A stretch of DNA of 64,000 nucleotides from NCBI GenBank assembly GCA_965153285.1, contig OZ229121.1, one strand, 5' to 3'. Of this stretch, positions 28,057 through 42,261 are shown piece after piece (positions within the stretch are counted from its first letter, which is position 1; each line of letters begins with the position of its first letter). The stretch is from Podarcis tiliguerta (lineage: Eukaryota). The position numbers and the translations under genes are program-made. A model generated the notes under the pieces. The model worked only from the letters and a program-made list of their open reading frames with translations, did not search any database and was not told the DNA's origin.

Positions 28057-31009
28057 ATACTTAGTAGCTTGAGATAAATCAAATCGGATATTGGTGAGAG
28101 CAACATAGAACATGAATGCTTAGAAAAGGTTGTCATTCTTGTAAACGATGGTATGATGACACAAAGTGTATATGTGGATGCCAAAAAGGTGGGTTAATTT
28201 TTAGCCAAGCCAATTTTATTGCTGAATTGCCATGCTTTGGAGATCTCAACTTCTGTATAAGAATGAAGAACTGGTACTTGGAACAAAATATTGGGGGTAT
28301 ATTCCCCAGCCCTAAAAGAACAGCAAGCAGCCTGAAACAGGAGCCTAGTAGTCCTGTTCAGTCCTTGCAGGAGTGGGGCAAAGGAAAAGGACTCCTTTTT
28401 GTGGTTCTTTGCTTCTTTTTCCTCCTTCCCACACCTTTCCCTGCTCTGTTGAGAAGGGGCTTCCAGCCTGCAACCTGAGCATTCTAGAGATATATGGCAA
28501 GGATTTCTGATGAGCAGCAAAATGTATTGTTTTTCCTAAAACATCCCTATGTAGTACCATGGAGGCAGGATTTTTAAAAATCTTTGAGTTCATGTTTCCC
28601 TAAACTAATCCCACTTCATTGTGAGCTGTTAGGGGTTTGAGCAGGATGGTGTCCTCTCGTTCCTTACCTTCCGTGTTCCACACAATCTGCCAGACATCTG
28701 GTTCCTTTTATACCCCCCTTTCTCCCCATGTAAGCTCAATTGTCCTCAACATTTTGGGGAGTTCTGAATCTCCAGTGGTGTGCATTTGGGTTACTCTTGG
28801 AATATTTCAATTTTTCATTTATTTTAATACATGATTCTCCTAGTATATAGAAACCATACATTTATTTTTGATTGCCCTGTTTCGCTTTGAATCTGATAGG
28901 CACTTGATTCCCTGCATTTGCTATAAAATGGAATGATTATAATTTTTATTTTTAATCAATTGACCTCAAAACTACTTGGCTCCCAGCTCTTCCAATATTT
29001 TCAATCCTCTGTCTTCCTAAAAACACTTGCTGACTTGTAATAGTATTCTGTAAGCCAGAAATCATCTGTACAACTCTAACATAAAAATACAGTGTCTTTC
29101 TTTTATATTTATTGTTCTAACTGCTTGATTTTAGAAAAGGAAAAATATATTCTGAGACTGTAAATACATTATGGGTGATTTGGAGAGTAGACTCATTGAA
29201 ATAATGGACTTCACTGGGTCTACTCTGAGTATGACTTAGTGCCATAGGGTGATAGCCAGCTATCTGAATCTCTGAGGTTAAGATTCCAGTTAAGCAGAGT
29301 CAAAATGCTGTAGAAGGACAAAATGTAATTCTGTGTTTCTTTTCTTTAGTGTGCCAGTTCAGCTTTTTAAATGTGTTATTAAAGTAAAAAACCCCTATGA
29401 ATTACTGAATACTGTGACTAATGTTGCAAAGATGTGTTAAGCCTCTGTTTTTCTATATGGTTTTCAGGGTGCTTAACTTGTAAAAATGCAGTTGATGATG
29501 CAGCTCTTTCCAGTGCTGCCCATCTCCCTTCCACTGTTTGAACTTTCAAAATCTGATTGGACAGTGTCTATGTATTTTTGTAGTCTGTTCATTTTCCATT
29601 TAGACTGAGCATTCCATTTTGTTACAAAGCTCATGACCTCCTTATGACCTTTAGATATTCAGGCCCTGTTTTGTTCCAAATTGGTTGGATCTGTTGCCCT
29701 CATTTTTTTTTTCTTTTAATGAAGCTGATTCTATTAGTCACGTTGGCCCCTAATAGTCATTCAACACTTTTTAAAAACTCTTTAGTTTTTGTCTGTCCAA
29801 CAACCAGCAGAACCTCTTAGTTATTTTAAGTTGCTCAGCAACACAAAGGGCCAGTAAGTTTTGCATGCTAATATAGTAAAGTTCAACATTTCAGTTGCGC
29901 TACAAGTGTACTATGGTGCTGGTATTTGTTACTGCTTTCCCCTTAGAAGTGATGTAAATGGCAACAGAAAACTTCCAAAATGTGTGCTAGAAGTTGTGCA
30001 GATCATGTGTTAAATGTGCATAAGGAAGCCTTCATAGATTAAGGCAATCATGACAGCAGTGCATCTAACTGTTTCTTCCTCAGTTTAATACCATATTCTT
30101 CCTATAACAAATCAAGGTTGGCAGCGTGAAGATCCACAACACAAAGGACTTGTAATATTTGGCTGAAATATCACTTATTGGCAATTTTTAGGATTCATTT
30201 TTTACTGATGTTTTATAGTTTTCTTTGTAACATTATTTATCGTTTTGTTAAGCTGCCATGAGTGTTTCATAATAAAGGTGTGATACAAATGTTAGAAATT
30301 ATTTTACTAACATTGGGGAAGATTCACAGCCTTTTTATGATCTTTTATATAGGCTGAATGCTCATGTACCTACCCAGGGCTCAAATAGGGATCAGTCCAC
30401 AGGGTGATGGGCCATATGTTGAAGCCCAGAGGGAGACAGAGGGGAGATGTCACATTTGCCTGGCTTCAGAAAGGTTCAAAATATTTTCTGTAAAAACATT
30501 TAGCATAGTGAATCTCCATATGTAGGATAAATGTCAATTTTATGTAACGTAAAATTAATACAGAAATAATGTTGATTACAATACAACTTTGTCAGTCAGA
30601 TAATTTCCAATATATTACGGTGCAGCCTACAAGGAAATTACTTTATTATGCTGTTTCTGGATTTATTATAGTTTACTTTTACATGATAACTTTAGAGTGA
30701 ATGTATTTATTTACGTATTTACTACAGTAGCAGCAGCTGACAGGTAAGACATGGACTATAATTGAAATGTCTAGAGTTTCATTTTTAAATGTTCTAGTGG
30801 CAGCAGAATCACTTTACTCTCAGAAATAATGTATGCCCTTCTTACTAATATTGCTAAATAATAGGACAGTAAGCAAAACATCTGACTTCATAACATTCAG
30901 CCTTCTAGTTTTGTCAGATTTGTCTTTTTCGTCTTTTTTTTCTTTTGTCTCCATGTTTTTGTTTCAGCCATTTTTGTTTTGTTTTGTCTTATCCATTTTT
31001 TAATTCTAG

Positions 31010-31278
31010 AACAACCAGATAATGCTAATGACACTACTGAATCGGGCAACTTTGTCATACCCGAGATTAGTGTTACAAATGTGACTGGAGAGAGAACCGG
31101 GAATGGGGAAAAAAGCAGAGCACCAACAGAGAATGATGCTCAGCATATACAGGGTGTGCAGGAAGCACCTACAGATCCTAGAGTTGACAGCAAAGGCATG
31201 CCAGAGATCAGGAGGCAAAAATCTGTAAGAAAAATTATGGAGGATGGAATAAGCTCACCTGGCAGAGTGCAGTTTTAG
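31010..31278 (+). CDS. FAM126A: FAM126A alternative C-terminal exon (EQPDNANDTT...GISSPGRVQF*), 419-aa isoform; exon probably continues to donor at 31306
   Basis: Long pyrimidine tract + ttctag|, phase-1 compatible, 991+269=1260 nt; resembles recalled human short hyccin isoform C-terminus. Confidence 0.85.
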
Positions 31279-32174
31279 CAGAGCACTTTGTAGCTACACT
31301 CAGAAGGTATCGATTGAAAGGGTCACTGCTGCATGTTTGGAAGATTACAGTATACAATAAATATATTTGCATGTTACCTTGAATAAAACACAATTGCATG
31401 CTTTGCACATAGAACGGATCTTTGTGCTGAATACATTGTTAGCATGATGGTAGTTCTTAAGTTTTAGCTTGGGAAACCACACTGAGAGACTTCAAATTGG
31501 CGGGCAATTGAGTTATTTTTAGATCAGTACTAATCTTTTAGCTATACAAAGTCACTTAAGGAAAAATTTCTTCGAAATGTACATAAACCATGTCAGTTCA
31601 TCCTATTTTTTATTTTTATCATTTTAAATCTTTGCAGCCATGGGAGCTAATACTCCAGTGTGTAAGGTTTCTAGACTTCTCATTAAACCACTTTGTACTG
31701 CAGAATGTGACCTTTCAGTCCTTGAAATATAAGCACTGTTGGGTTTGCTAAAATTTGAGAACCTGCAGGTGATGCCGTATTGGCTTTTATGGTGCCCTGA
31801 TTATCTAGCGCCATGATTGATTCGCTATGCAGATAGTATGTAGATGCCTTTGCACATATTTGGAATAAATATATTTCTACCTTTCTGTAATATATCTAAC
31901 ATCTTTCTAACCTTTTGCATGAATAATGAGTACTTTTTTAAATTGCTACAAAATGAGATTATAAGCATGCTTCTAATAAATTTACTTTACTATTCTGATA
32001 TAAATTCTACTGTACACTTTTTGTCAATTTGAGATAATTGGTAAGTTTTCTATCTTCTCCTTAATCTTTTGCTTTGTGCTAAGAAATGCCAAAATCTTAA
32101 CAGTACTGGATGCAATCACTTGCAAAACATGGTTGAGTAAATTCATATGTTAATTGTCATCTTTTTCTATGCAG

Positions 32175-32725
32175 GTAATGAACTAGGCATTCCAGAAGAA
32201 GAACTGATAGAGGTGTCTGAAGTTGATGAGGGTTTTTACTCTAGGGCTCCTTCTACCACAAATCATTCTGCTTTCAGCAGCAACACCAGTAACAAGACTC
32301 AGCTAGGCAAGAGTCAGCGGAGGTCTGGAGGAAGCAAGGTTGGAGGAAAAGAAAAAGAAACTGTTGGTGAAGCCTACAAAGATCATCTGTCTCGTAAACA
32401 AAACCAGCGAGCAATGAGTGAGAATTTAGAGCTTCTGTCTTTAAAGAGACTGACCCTGACTAGCAGCCAATCTCTGCCTAAGCCAGGCAGTCATAGTTTG
32501 GCTAGAACTAGCACTACTCTTTTTAGCAAATCCTTTGAGCAGGTCAGTGGTGGTGTAGTCCCAAATAATCACCACAGTGGTACAGAAGCAAACAGATTTT
32601 CAGTCTGTAGTCTGCAAGAGGAGAATCTGATTTTTGGAGCCGACAGAATAGAACTTCCTATTTCAAGCAAACAGCCAAATCAGCAACGACCACCTACCAT
32701 CAGCATAACTTTGTCAGCAGACTAA
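32175..32725 (+). CDS. FAM126A: FAM126A last coding exon ([11 protein letters not shown]...[12 protein letters not shown]), 513-aa isoform
   Basis: atgcag| acceptor; 991+551=1542 nt = 513 aa + stop; matches hyccin C-terminus ([22 protein letters not shown]). Confidence 0.97.
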
Positions 32726-35700
32726 GGAGCACCTGACTAATTTGTCAGTATAAAAGAGATTCAGTTGCTAGTACTATAGCCCTGGTGCCCTTTTTTAAAA
32801 AAAAATCTTTTGAGATATCTTTAAAGATTTTCTTAGTTGAAAATAATGTCTAAATTGCAAGTTTCAAGGATTGCAGTGTTTAAAAAGAATAGGGTAGACA
32901 ATTCTAAGTATTTTATAATAATGATGTCACAGTCTTTGAGATTCTTAATTTGAGGATTGACATTTGTAATGGTACTACAATAAGGTTTGTACTGAAAATC
33001 TAATACATGATGAACCTGTACCAGGGAAATTTTTAAAATATGGGTTGTGCTGCTTGTGCAAGCTTCAGTTACATGTTTTTGGTGAACAATGGGTTGCAAT
33101 CCAGAATATATGTGCCATTTTACTACAAGAGGATGATGCTTTTTTTATATTCATCAAAGCAATTTTAGGAGTCCACTCAATGCAGTAGCTTGTAATGAAA
33201 AAAACATATTTGGAAATAAATCAGAATTCTGGATAGAGGTCATTGTGTTAAGTTTGAAACATTGAAATCTATGTTTTCTGGTCTCTGAAGTCACCTGCAA
33301 CAAACATTTTTCAAAATATAGTGTGTATATCTGATCCATAGAGGCGGAAATGAAGCTTTGTATCTTTTTAGGCATACTAGCCCTATTCTTGTATTTAAAA
33401 CACATACAAAGATCCAAGATTTGTGCTGAGCTGTCCCCTGGTGTGTTTGACCCAGCTGCTGTTCACCTGCTGAATGCCACGTGTGTATGCAGACTTAAAA
33501 TACATGGAGCTCAATTCTTGTATTGTCCTATCTGTACACCTCAATTGTGGTGGTACACAGATCAGTATATTGTGCATGTACATCTCTACGTATGCAGTGC
33601 AGAAGCAAACATGAAGCAGGATGGTGTGACCCTAATTCTTCCCATTTCATGTGCATTTCAATCATCAGCACAGGGCGGCTTTTTTACATCACAGGTGAAT
33701 TCATAAAGCGACAAACTTTCCTTCCCTATTCAGAGCCTGTAAATCAACACAAGAAACATTGGTTTCCAGTTTCTACTGAGTTGTTAGGCTTGAACAAAAT
33801 CATGCACCTTGAAGCTTTCAGAAGCTTTAATATTTCAATTAAACTAAAGTATGGAAGTAGATTAGCAGTTTATATCGTCACTCATTTCTTGCATTAAGCC
33901 CGTCTTATGAGTTGCATCTCATTAAAATGGTGAGCCTTATTTATATGGGTAGTGGGCTTTGTTGGAACAGATGTACCCATTAATATTTTGGAAGGGCAAA
34001 TTAATATTTTTGTTTACCTGAAAATATAAAACGACAAACCTGATATTGGTACAATGATTTTTTTAAATGATCTTGTTACAGACTTCAAGGCCATTTCCAT
34101 GGGCTTCTGTGAAAGGTGTTTCTGTTCATGGGGGTATGCTGCACTCCCCCAAAAACTAGATTCTAATGGACTTTTTGGAGATTGTTGGTTGGATGTGAGA
34201 GTGGGGAGATGGGAGGAATCGATGACACACCACAGTGTAAGCTGGAGTGCCTTGTGTTTGTTTATGGACTCTGGCTCCAAGGTGTAATCTCCAAGTGTAA
34301 CAATAGCTGTATCTATGTGTCCTCCCATCCTCTCTAGTTAGTATTAAATTTCAGCTGAAGTACATTTCAACTCAGAACTGCATAAGAGTATATAATTTGG
34401 TTCTCTTGTGCTTCATTAGCTTTATGCTTTAAGTCACAAGCAGCTGAAAACCTTGTGAACTTAAGGGCTGGATATAAAGTAAGAATATTAGTTAGATCAA
34501 ACTTAAGTAAGTTCCATTGATTTCAATGGGTATCGTCAGAAATTGTACCATCAAATCAAAGGGATTGTCTTCTCTTAATTTCTAGAAATCTAAATTCTCT
34601 AACCAGAATTAGCAGCTTTTATCTAACTGAACTAGACAGTTTCAAAAAAAAATCTTTTCCACCCTCAACTCGTGGGCCTATATTTTGTTTAATCACTGAT
34701 TTACTTATTATAACAGTATTATACTTGACCTTTTACGAGCGAAAGCATCTACAGTTTTCACCATATTTTACTGGCTTTTAATATTTTATCTAGTATAGGC
34801 AGAAGAGAATAACTTTTATACAGGAATATATAGCCATTGTAAATTAAAGTGAGCTAAACTTCTTCCTATGACTATTTAAAATGCTATGATACAATATTAC
34901 GTTTTTAAAAAATGTTTACAGTGATGTAGTTTTGGAACAGTAGTTGATACTTTTGTTTTAATGAAAATGTTTTGGGGTTTTTTTTTGCACATTTAAGTAA
35001 TCTTGTTCTAGAATTACACCATAAACTGCCAGAAAGGTTAAAATAGCATATATCTTCTACATACTTCAGTTAGCAATCAGGCTTGTTGCTCAAAGTAACT
35101 TTGAAATAGGATATATGACAGATTTCATATTTCCTCCACGCATACATCCTGATACAAGAAGAGATTTTCTGTAGATGTGCAGTTATATTTATATATGATA
35201 TAAAGTACAGCTGGAGTGGACAGCTACAGAACTTTCAGGCATACTTAAGTATGGACAAAATCAAAGACAGACAGGCATTTTGATCAAAAACAATTCTTCA
35301 TAAATATTGTTAGCCTTCAAAGGCAACTTGCACTTTTATAAGCCATGAAAGGGTGATTTGTATAATCCTACCTATATGGAATACTGATTTGGAATATTTT
35401 AAATAATTCTCATAAAACTGACTTTCCCCCCCACTCTGGCCTTATGATACAAGTATTTAAATTGCACAATCTGTAAAGTATGATAGAGATATTCTCTTGA
35501 ACTTTGCCCCAGCTTGCTCAAAATGCCTACTATGATCTTGGACCTGGAAAAATTATCACATAACCATGAGGTTTATAATGCCTGGGACCTTTAGACTTGT
35601 ATAACAGAATCTTTAGTGAGTGGCAGTTTCCATTCTGAAATAACACTGTGTTGCTCACTTTCACGTTTCAAACCAGCTCTGGAATATAAAAGCTACTTTT

Positions 35701-36453
35701 GCTTTGTTAAATAATTACATTTTATCAGTACTGAAACATTCTTGTGGTTTGGGCAACTGAAAACTAGGCTTCAAAAAGGTTCGCTAAATAATGTTTTAGG
35801 GAGGTTGCTTCTGTGCCTGGATGAATGTTATCTACTATTTAAATTACAAAATAGAAACATTTCATTACACACACACACAGAGAGAGAGAGAGAGACTGTA
35901 CTTGGTTCATTTATTGACTCATTGCCGAGTTTGAATTCTCATCAAAGTCAGTTGAACTAACACTTGTCCCATAGTGAGACAATTATAACATAGTTGGGTT
36001 GCCTTTGTTAGACTTTGCTGTGGTGGCAAATACTTGTTTTCTTTAAAAGAAATTAACATTCATGAAAAAATTGGAGACCACAACCTGGGAAGAACAAGTA
36101 CTGAAAGATTTTAGCAATCTTATTGAGGGAGCCAGCCTTTGATCAGATACATAAAATTTATGAATGTATCTTTCAGTGATGGGCACATATTTTTCATGTT
36201 TTGGTTTTGAAATGGGCTAGATTTCTTTCTCTGAATCTTTATTGCATCCTTTTGCATAGTTCCACTTTTGAAAACAATTGGCTCTATGTATATTTTTAAT
36301 AACTTGCTTATTACAGGGAAGACTTAACACCAGTTGATACATTGTTCCTTAACAATATGAGAAAGATTAAATTAAGTGTGCCACTTTCTCTTTTGTACTG
36401 TAGTTTGTGAATATTTTCTGTTTTGGTAACAAAATGCTTGTTTTGTATAGTTT

Positions 36454-36463
36454 AATAAATAAA
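36454..36463 (+). terminator. FAM126A: Probable FAM126A polyadenylation signal (overlapping AATAAA x2); 3'UTR ~32726-36480
   Basis: AATAAATAAA followed by GT-rich downstream element (gtctggtgtttgttttt); intervening region largely TE-free. Confidence 0.6.
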
Positions 36464-37408
36464 TTGCTTATCTAGAATTCACATTCCTAAAATAAGGAGT
36501 CTGGTGTTTGTTTTTAATAAACCAACAAGGGTCTTGGTTTCTGAGATTATGTACACTGTGAATACTTACATGTGTATTGAAATTATGCTTCTTGGTTGTG
36601 GTGTGGTTTTTGAAATCGTAGCCAAGAGAGATTCCGATATTCAGTATTTACCACTTTTTAAATGCAATTAAAGTATCACCACAAATACCATACCTTATTT
36701 AAACCATGCCTATTAATACTATTATGTATATATCACATCTTTTGTATTTCTGTTGTCAAAGCCTCACATATATAAAGCAAATACAACCTCCAGTATGCTA
36801 CTGCTGGATCAGAATTTTATAATAATTTGTGAACCCACTAGCAGTGGTGCAGGAGGGAATCAGACTGAAAATAAGAGACACGAGACTAGAGTTTCTATTG
36901 AAATAAGACTACTTTATTTACAGAATACAGAATAGTAAGTTTGGTGCGGCACAGCGCAGGGATCTGATCATTGAGCCCATTTGCTGGTTGATGTGTTCCA
37001 CTCAATGCAGTTGCCAGATCCACTAGGAATTGGGGGTTACAACTTTCAACAGAATTTTACCTCATCAGTTGTTACCACTGCTCTTGTATTAGAATTTTAT
37101 CCTTTGTGGTCAACCCAATTGGGTGGTTCTAAGATGGGTAAATTGTGAGTAAACTTTTGAGCCTTGATCTTTCTGTTCCCTTTCCCCAAAGTTTTTATAT
37201 TCCTGGTAACAACTGTAATTTAGCATTTCCCTCCTGTGCAGCTGCATCCATTTTTCTTAAGTTCATGCAATTGCATAAAGTAAAACCAATGGGTAAAATA
37301 AATTCCAATTTTCATGGTTTGAAGCACAAAAGAGACTAAGATGAATGTAGGATTTCTTCTCAAAAACACTTCCTAATGTGGTAAAAATTGTTCCTTTTTA
37401 CCCCAGTA

Positions 37409-37758
37409 CAGTGGTGCCTCGCAAGACAAAAAGAATCTGTTCCGTGAGTCTCTTCGTCTAGCGGTTTTTTCGTCTTGCGAAGCAAGCCCATTAGCGGATT
37501 AGCGCTATTAGCGCTTATTAGCGGCTATTAAAGGCTTAAGGGATTAGCGGATTAGCTGCTAAAAGGCTATTAGCAGCTTAGTGCCTTAGAAAAAGGGGGT
37601 GGGGAGCGGAAAAAACCCCCCAGGAATCGCAAGACATTTTCGTCTTGCGAAGCAAGCCCATAGAGAAATTTGTCCTGCGAAGCACCTCCAAAACGGAAAA
37701 CCCTTTCGTCTAGCGGGTTTTCTGTCTTGCGAGGCATTCGTCTTGCGGGGCACCACTG
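37409..37758. mobile_element. Tc1/mariner-type MITE with internal (ATTAGCGG)-like tandem repeats
   Basis: TIR cagtggtgcctcgcaagac / gtcttgcggggcaccactg, TA TSD. Confidence 0.85.
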
Positions 37759-40700
37759 TACTTTCTTTGCAGTATTACTAAGCTAAAAAGATTGTATGAT
37801 TAGTGCACATGCTAATGGAGAAATAAAATGTGATGATTACATGAACTTTTTGTTATGTAAACAGCTACTGCCGGGGCTGTGGAGAGAGTTTAATTCTCCC
37901 CCCACCCAGTCAGGATCCCAACTATCTGCAGATTCTTGAGTTGAGTTGCTCCTAGTAAAGTCAGAAGCTCTTGACCCTTTGGGTATTGGATTTAGGTCAT
38001 AGATGTTCAGCCTGTGAAACAGATGGCACAGTTCACTGACAGGAACAAGATGAACTGTAGGCCTGACCATGACATAAGGCTGCACCCTTCTGCATTGTTC
38101 TGAGGCCTGTTCCTTGGCTCAGTAGGCCAAAGGCAAAACCACATCAAGGCACCAAAGGATGCATATTCTAGAAATGATGTCAAATGGATAGCTACTTGTC
38201 AAACGGATGACCAATGTTTTATGTAAACTAGATTAGGAAGAGTTGCTTATTAAAAGGTGGCCTGTAATGGTGGTATTAAATTTATATATTCCAACCAATC
38301 ACAAAGTATGTAAGGCCCCTTAATTTTAAGTGAGAGTTGCCCTAAGGCAGGCACATCCAACTCTCTATAGAGACTGCGCTCTACTCCCAGTATAAAACTG
38401 GCAGTGATCTACTCATTGTCATGTTTTTTTGTGTGTTTTTTTTTTTTAGAGTGGAGGGCCCACAGTTGTTGAGCTTTGTGGGGGGAGGACAGACCAGAGC
38501 TGTTGAGCTTTTTTATGAGGGAAAGCCCAGAGTTGTTCTGGCAAATTTTCTTTGTGTTCTTTCATTTCAATAGGCAGTTTTGGGTAAATAAGGAAAAACA
38601 ACAACTCAAGAGTTTTCCTAATTTCTTAAGGACATAATTGAAAATGCTAATCTATGTGAAGGTGGGTGACTATTGTGTCAGGATTGCAGTGTTTTTACAA
38701 CTGCAAATGTTCTATGTGGATAGCTGTGTGTATGCAGGAAGCGAACATTTGTGCAAATGTCCAGTCTGACAGGATTTGCTGATGTAGTCTGGGTTTCATT
38801 CAGTACAGAGGGTTAGATTCAGACTTGTTGCATTTAAGTTCCCAATGAAATCAAAGGGACAAGTTAACCATCACTCAGATTCCACTAAAATCTATGGGAC
38901 ACAAGTTCAGTTGCTTTAAGTCCGAACCCAAATCAGAGGAACTAAGTTGGTCTAGAAGCTATTGAAAAATGTATTGGCTGAACATGTTCCAGTTGGTCTC
39001 TCCAGGGAAATCATGTGGGAGAAAGAAACCAAGAGCATGCATGCAGTGGGAGGAAAGCCATCCAGCTTCCTGCTCATGTACCCTTTCACCAAATGGTTTC
39101 ATAAATGGGAACAAAACTTGTGTAATTCCATCTCTTAAGAAAGGGCAGGTGCACATGGAAGCCCATTCACATGGATACCTATTTCTAGAACATTTACCTT
39201 GCATGAGAAGTTGCACAGGATGGAGATGAGGGGCATGGGCCAGGCAAACTGCTATACTTACCTGAAAATAGTGTATGAGCTGTCTCTCCAGTGGATTTAA
39301 ACACCAAATGGGAGTCCATTTTGCTGCATCTCAGGTAACAGCACTGATTTCTTAAAGAATGAGATGGGTGATGAACAATCTAAATTCTTTCTTTATAGAT
39401 GAGTAATGTGTCTGATGTTCTGTTTCCTTTTGCAAAAAGCACCCCCCCCCCCAATTTTCCTCTTGCAGAAAGCATCCCAAAACAACAGTGGAATGCTGAG
39501 TAATCAGATGTGATTAGAACTCATCCTATATTTATTTCAAAATGTGTTCCTGTAACATCACAAGGCGCTACTATAACTGATAGAGTATTGGTACTCTACA
39601 GCTCAAATTCCCGGCCTGAACTATGCACTTCTTGAGCACATGCGTTTTGCTTTGTGGTAATCCTGCTTTTGCGTCAAAGCCAGGATTAGAATGCACAAAC
39701 AGGTGAGGAAGAAAGCAAAGCAAAGGGAAATTAAAATTAGAACAAGATCTTCTAATGTGCAAAACATAAGCCATCTGGGGATTTTAACTTGGTTTTAGAT
39801 TCTTAGCTATTGGGGAGCTGCCCAGGATACTAGTGATTGCTAAGGATTGTAGAACACTGTAAATCTCTACACCAAATTGCACTAGAGGGGATTATTTAAA
39901 ATTGCTCTAACAATTTAGATAAAGTTGTCATTAGTGTCTAATTAAACTAATTCTTAGATGTTGTGCAGAATGGACTCCTTTCCATTAGTGCATAAGTAGT
40001 TCAGTATTCATGAAACCTGAGTGTGTACAAGCTAGCCTACTTTACAATGGGGAAATGAATATTCATTGCACTGCTCACTTCGGCCTCACACTCTGCCTAT
40101 AGCTGGCATGTGGCTATCAGAAAGTTGCCATAAGGGAATGTAGGCCTCAAGCTCATAAGGGTCCTCACCTCTGATGCAAACCTCCCATGTTCTAGTCAAA
40201 TTTCACAACACTTCTACTGCTTAGAGCCACTCCAAAACCCGATATGGGAATTTTCCTGTTCCCCCAGTTCAAGCCTCTTCCAGTAGTTAAAATAGTGGTT
40301 GCTACTATTACTGCCCCTTCCATGTTGCTGTTTGTTCTTTTTGTGCTTAATTGCTAATTAGAGCCTATATGCCAATTTATTCCTGTATGTATAGGCACAA
40401 ATACATGAGCCAAAATGCACTGCCCAGTTTCACTGTTGACAATAGGGCCTATAGCAGGCCTGATTACCCTATGGCTGCCCAAATATTGTTGGCCTCCAGC
40501 TCCCATAAGCCCCAGGCAACAAGGCCAATGGTCACAGATGACAGGAATTATACTTCATCTGGAGGGCCTTGATTAGTCACCCTAGCCTACAGAGTTCCTT
40601 ACAGCTGGAGCAGAAAGTGTTGGGTTAGTATGACAAAAACGAGGAGCTACACAGAGCATGTGAGCTTTTTCTGCACTGTTTATAAGCTTTTCATCCAGCT

Positions 40701-42084
40701 GCTTTCTCCTATCTCCCTTCTCCTGGATCCACATCATAACAGCAAGAGACTTCCTTAGTCCAAGGTAGAAAAATTGCTTTTTCCTACAATGCTTTCTGAG
40801 TGATGCATTCCAATGAGGGGTAGGACTTCCAAGACCCCCAGCACTTATGTCCACTTCTAAAGAAAGTGTGCATTAGATTAGCTTTTAAAATATGTATTCA
40901 AAGAGAATACAGCAACCCATCATATATTTTGAAAAACTAAAATAAACATTTGAAATCATCAGATTTGAAATCACTGGATTGAAAGATTCCAAACAGGTGC
41001 TTTCCCTGATTAAAATAGATTTTGTTGTAACCGTCATACAAGGATAGCCTTGCCATTTTGTTTAAAACCATACTGAACGCTGCAGCACAATGTTTTGATG
41101 CCATATGGAAACATCAAAATGCACAGCAGCTGCCAGCTCTTAAGCTGAATAGATGGAAACTTTTCATGTTGGCTTGAGAAGTTTCCCAGTGGATTAATCT
41201 ATGTAGCATCAAATCACCTCACAGTACCAACTCATTGTACTATAGGGGGTCACATGAGACAGAAAATACTTTCTTTTTGACTGCGTGAAACTCACTCATT
41301 GCCAATATTGTCACAAAACTCAGTATGCCACTTCTATATGCATGTTTCAGACACTATTCATTTTGTCCAAAACCATTTTTTTTTTTTTGCAGCACATGAT
41401 GGACTTGAGTCAAACAATGCTGTGTGCAATAAATCCCCCACCCCCATCTTGTATGCCTAGTATATAACGTGTCTCAAGAACACTGGTTATGACTAATTTC
41501 TACGAAACATGATCTGGTAAATAAATGAAACTTGTGTACTTTTTAACACTAATATCCCTTTTAACAAGCAAGGATATTTGCTGCACTATAATTATTTGAA
41601 TCTGGTTATCATAATAATGATATATTAACAGCTAGAGAATCTTTAATTTCTTAAATTACAAAATATGTGGAACAGACAGCACTGGGCTGAAATCTAATCC
41701 ATTTGTATAAACAGAAACCATTGCTTTTTTGTGTGGTGCGAAAACATGTTACAATGGCTAATTATGGTTTGCAATTACTTTTTGAGCACTCTGTAATTTT
41801 GGTCTTAGATAAGGGTATAAAGGGAATTTTCTGCATATTCATATGCTGATGCTAGCTGCATTTCTTATAATATAACCTCAGCTATCTGTAACTTGCTTAT
41901 CTAAATTTTCCCTGTGGGGAAGTGGGGAGGGGGGGATATTCAAAGGAGCCTCTCCCATACCCTTCCTTCCCCAACTGCTGCTCAACAGCCCTGCTGGCAG
42001 TCAGATCTTACTATCTAGTACAGTAGTTGCTGCCACCACCTCTTTTTTTAAAAAGTCACCTACAGCCCTAGAAACAAGAGAAAC

Positions 42085-42261
42085 AATGACTTTTAGAAGA
42101 CATCTGAAGGCAGCCCTGTTTAGGGAAGTTTTTAATGTTTTACTGTGTTTTTAATATCCCGTTGGAAGCCGTCCAAAGTGGCTGGGGAGGCCCGGCCAGA
42201 TGGGCGGGGTATAAGTAATTATTATTATTATTATTATTAGTTCTAGTAGTAGTAGTAGTAA
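42085..42261 (+). mobile_element. LINE (L2-like) 3' end with (TTA)n/(TAG)n tail
   Basis: 3' terminal motif ...ccagatgggcggggtataa followed by trinucleotide tail. Confidence 0.5.

Noticed and set aside
33154-34328. Several 60-124 aa ORFs downstream of FAM126A
   Set aside because: They lie in the 3'UTR, have no homology and look random in composition
37490-37585. ATTAGCGG-type repeat array as CRISPR-like or telomeric
   Set aside because: Internal tandem repeats of a TA-flanked MITE; no unique spacers; eukaryotic context
40246-40256. NF-kB-like GGGAATTTTCC (and AP-1 TGACTCA at 44176) as an enhancer
   Set aside because: Isolated short motifs expected by chance in 64 kb, with no supporting cluster
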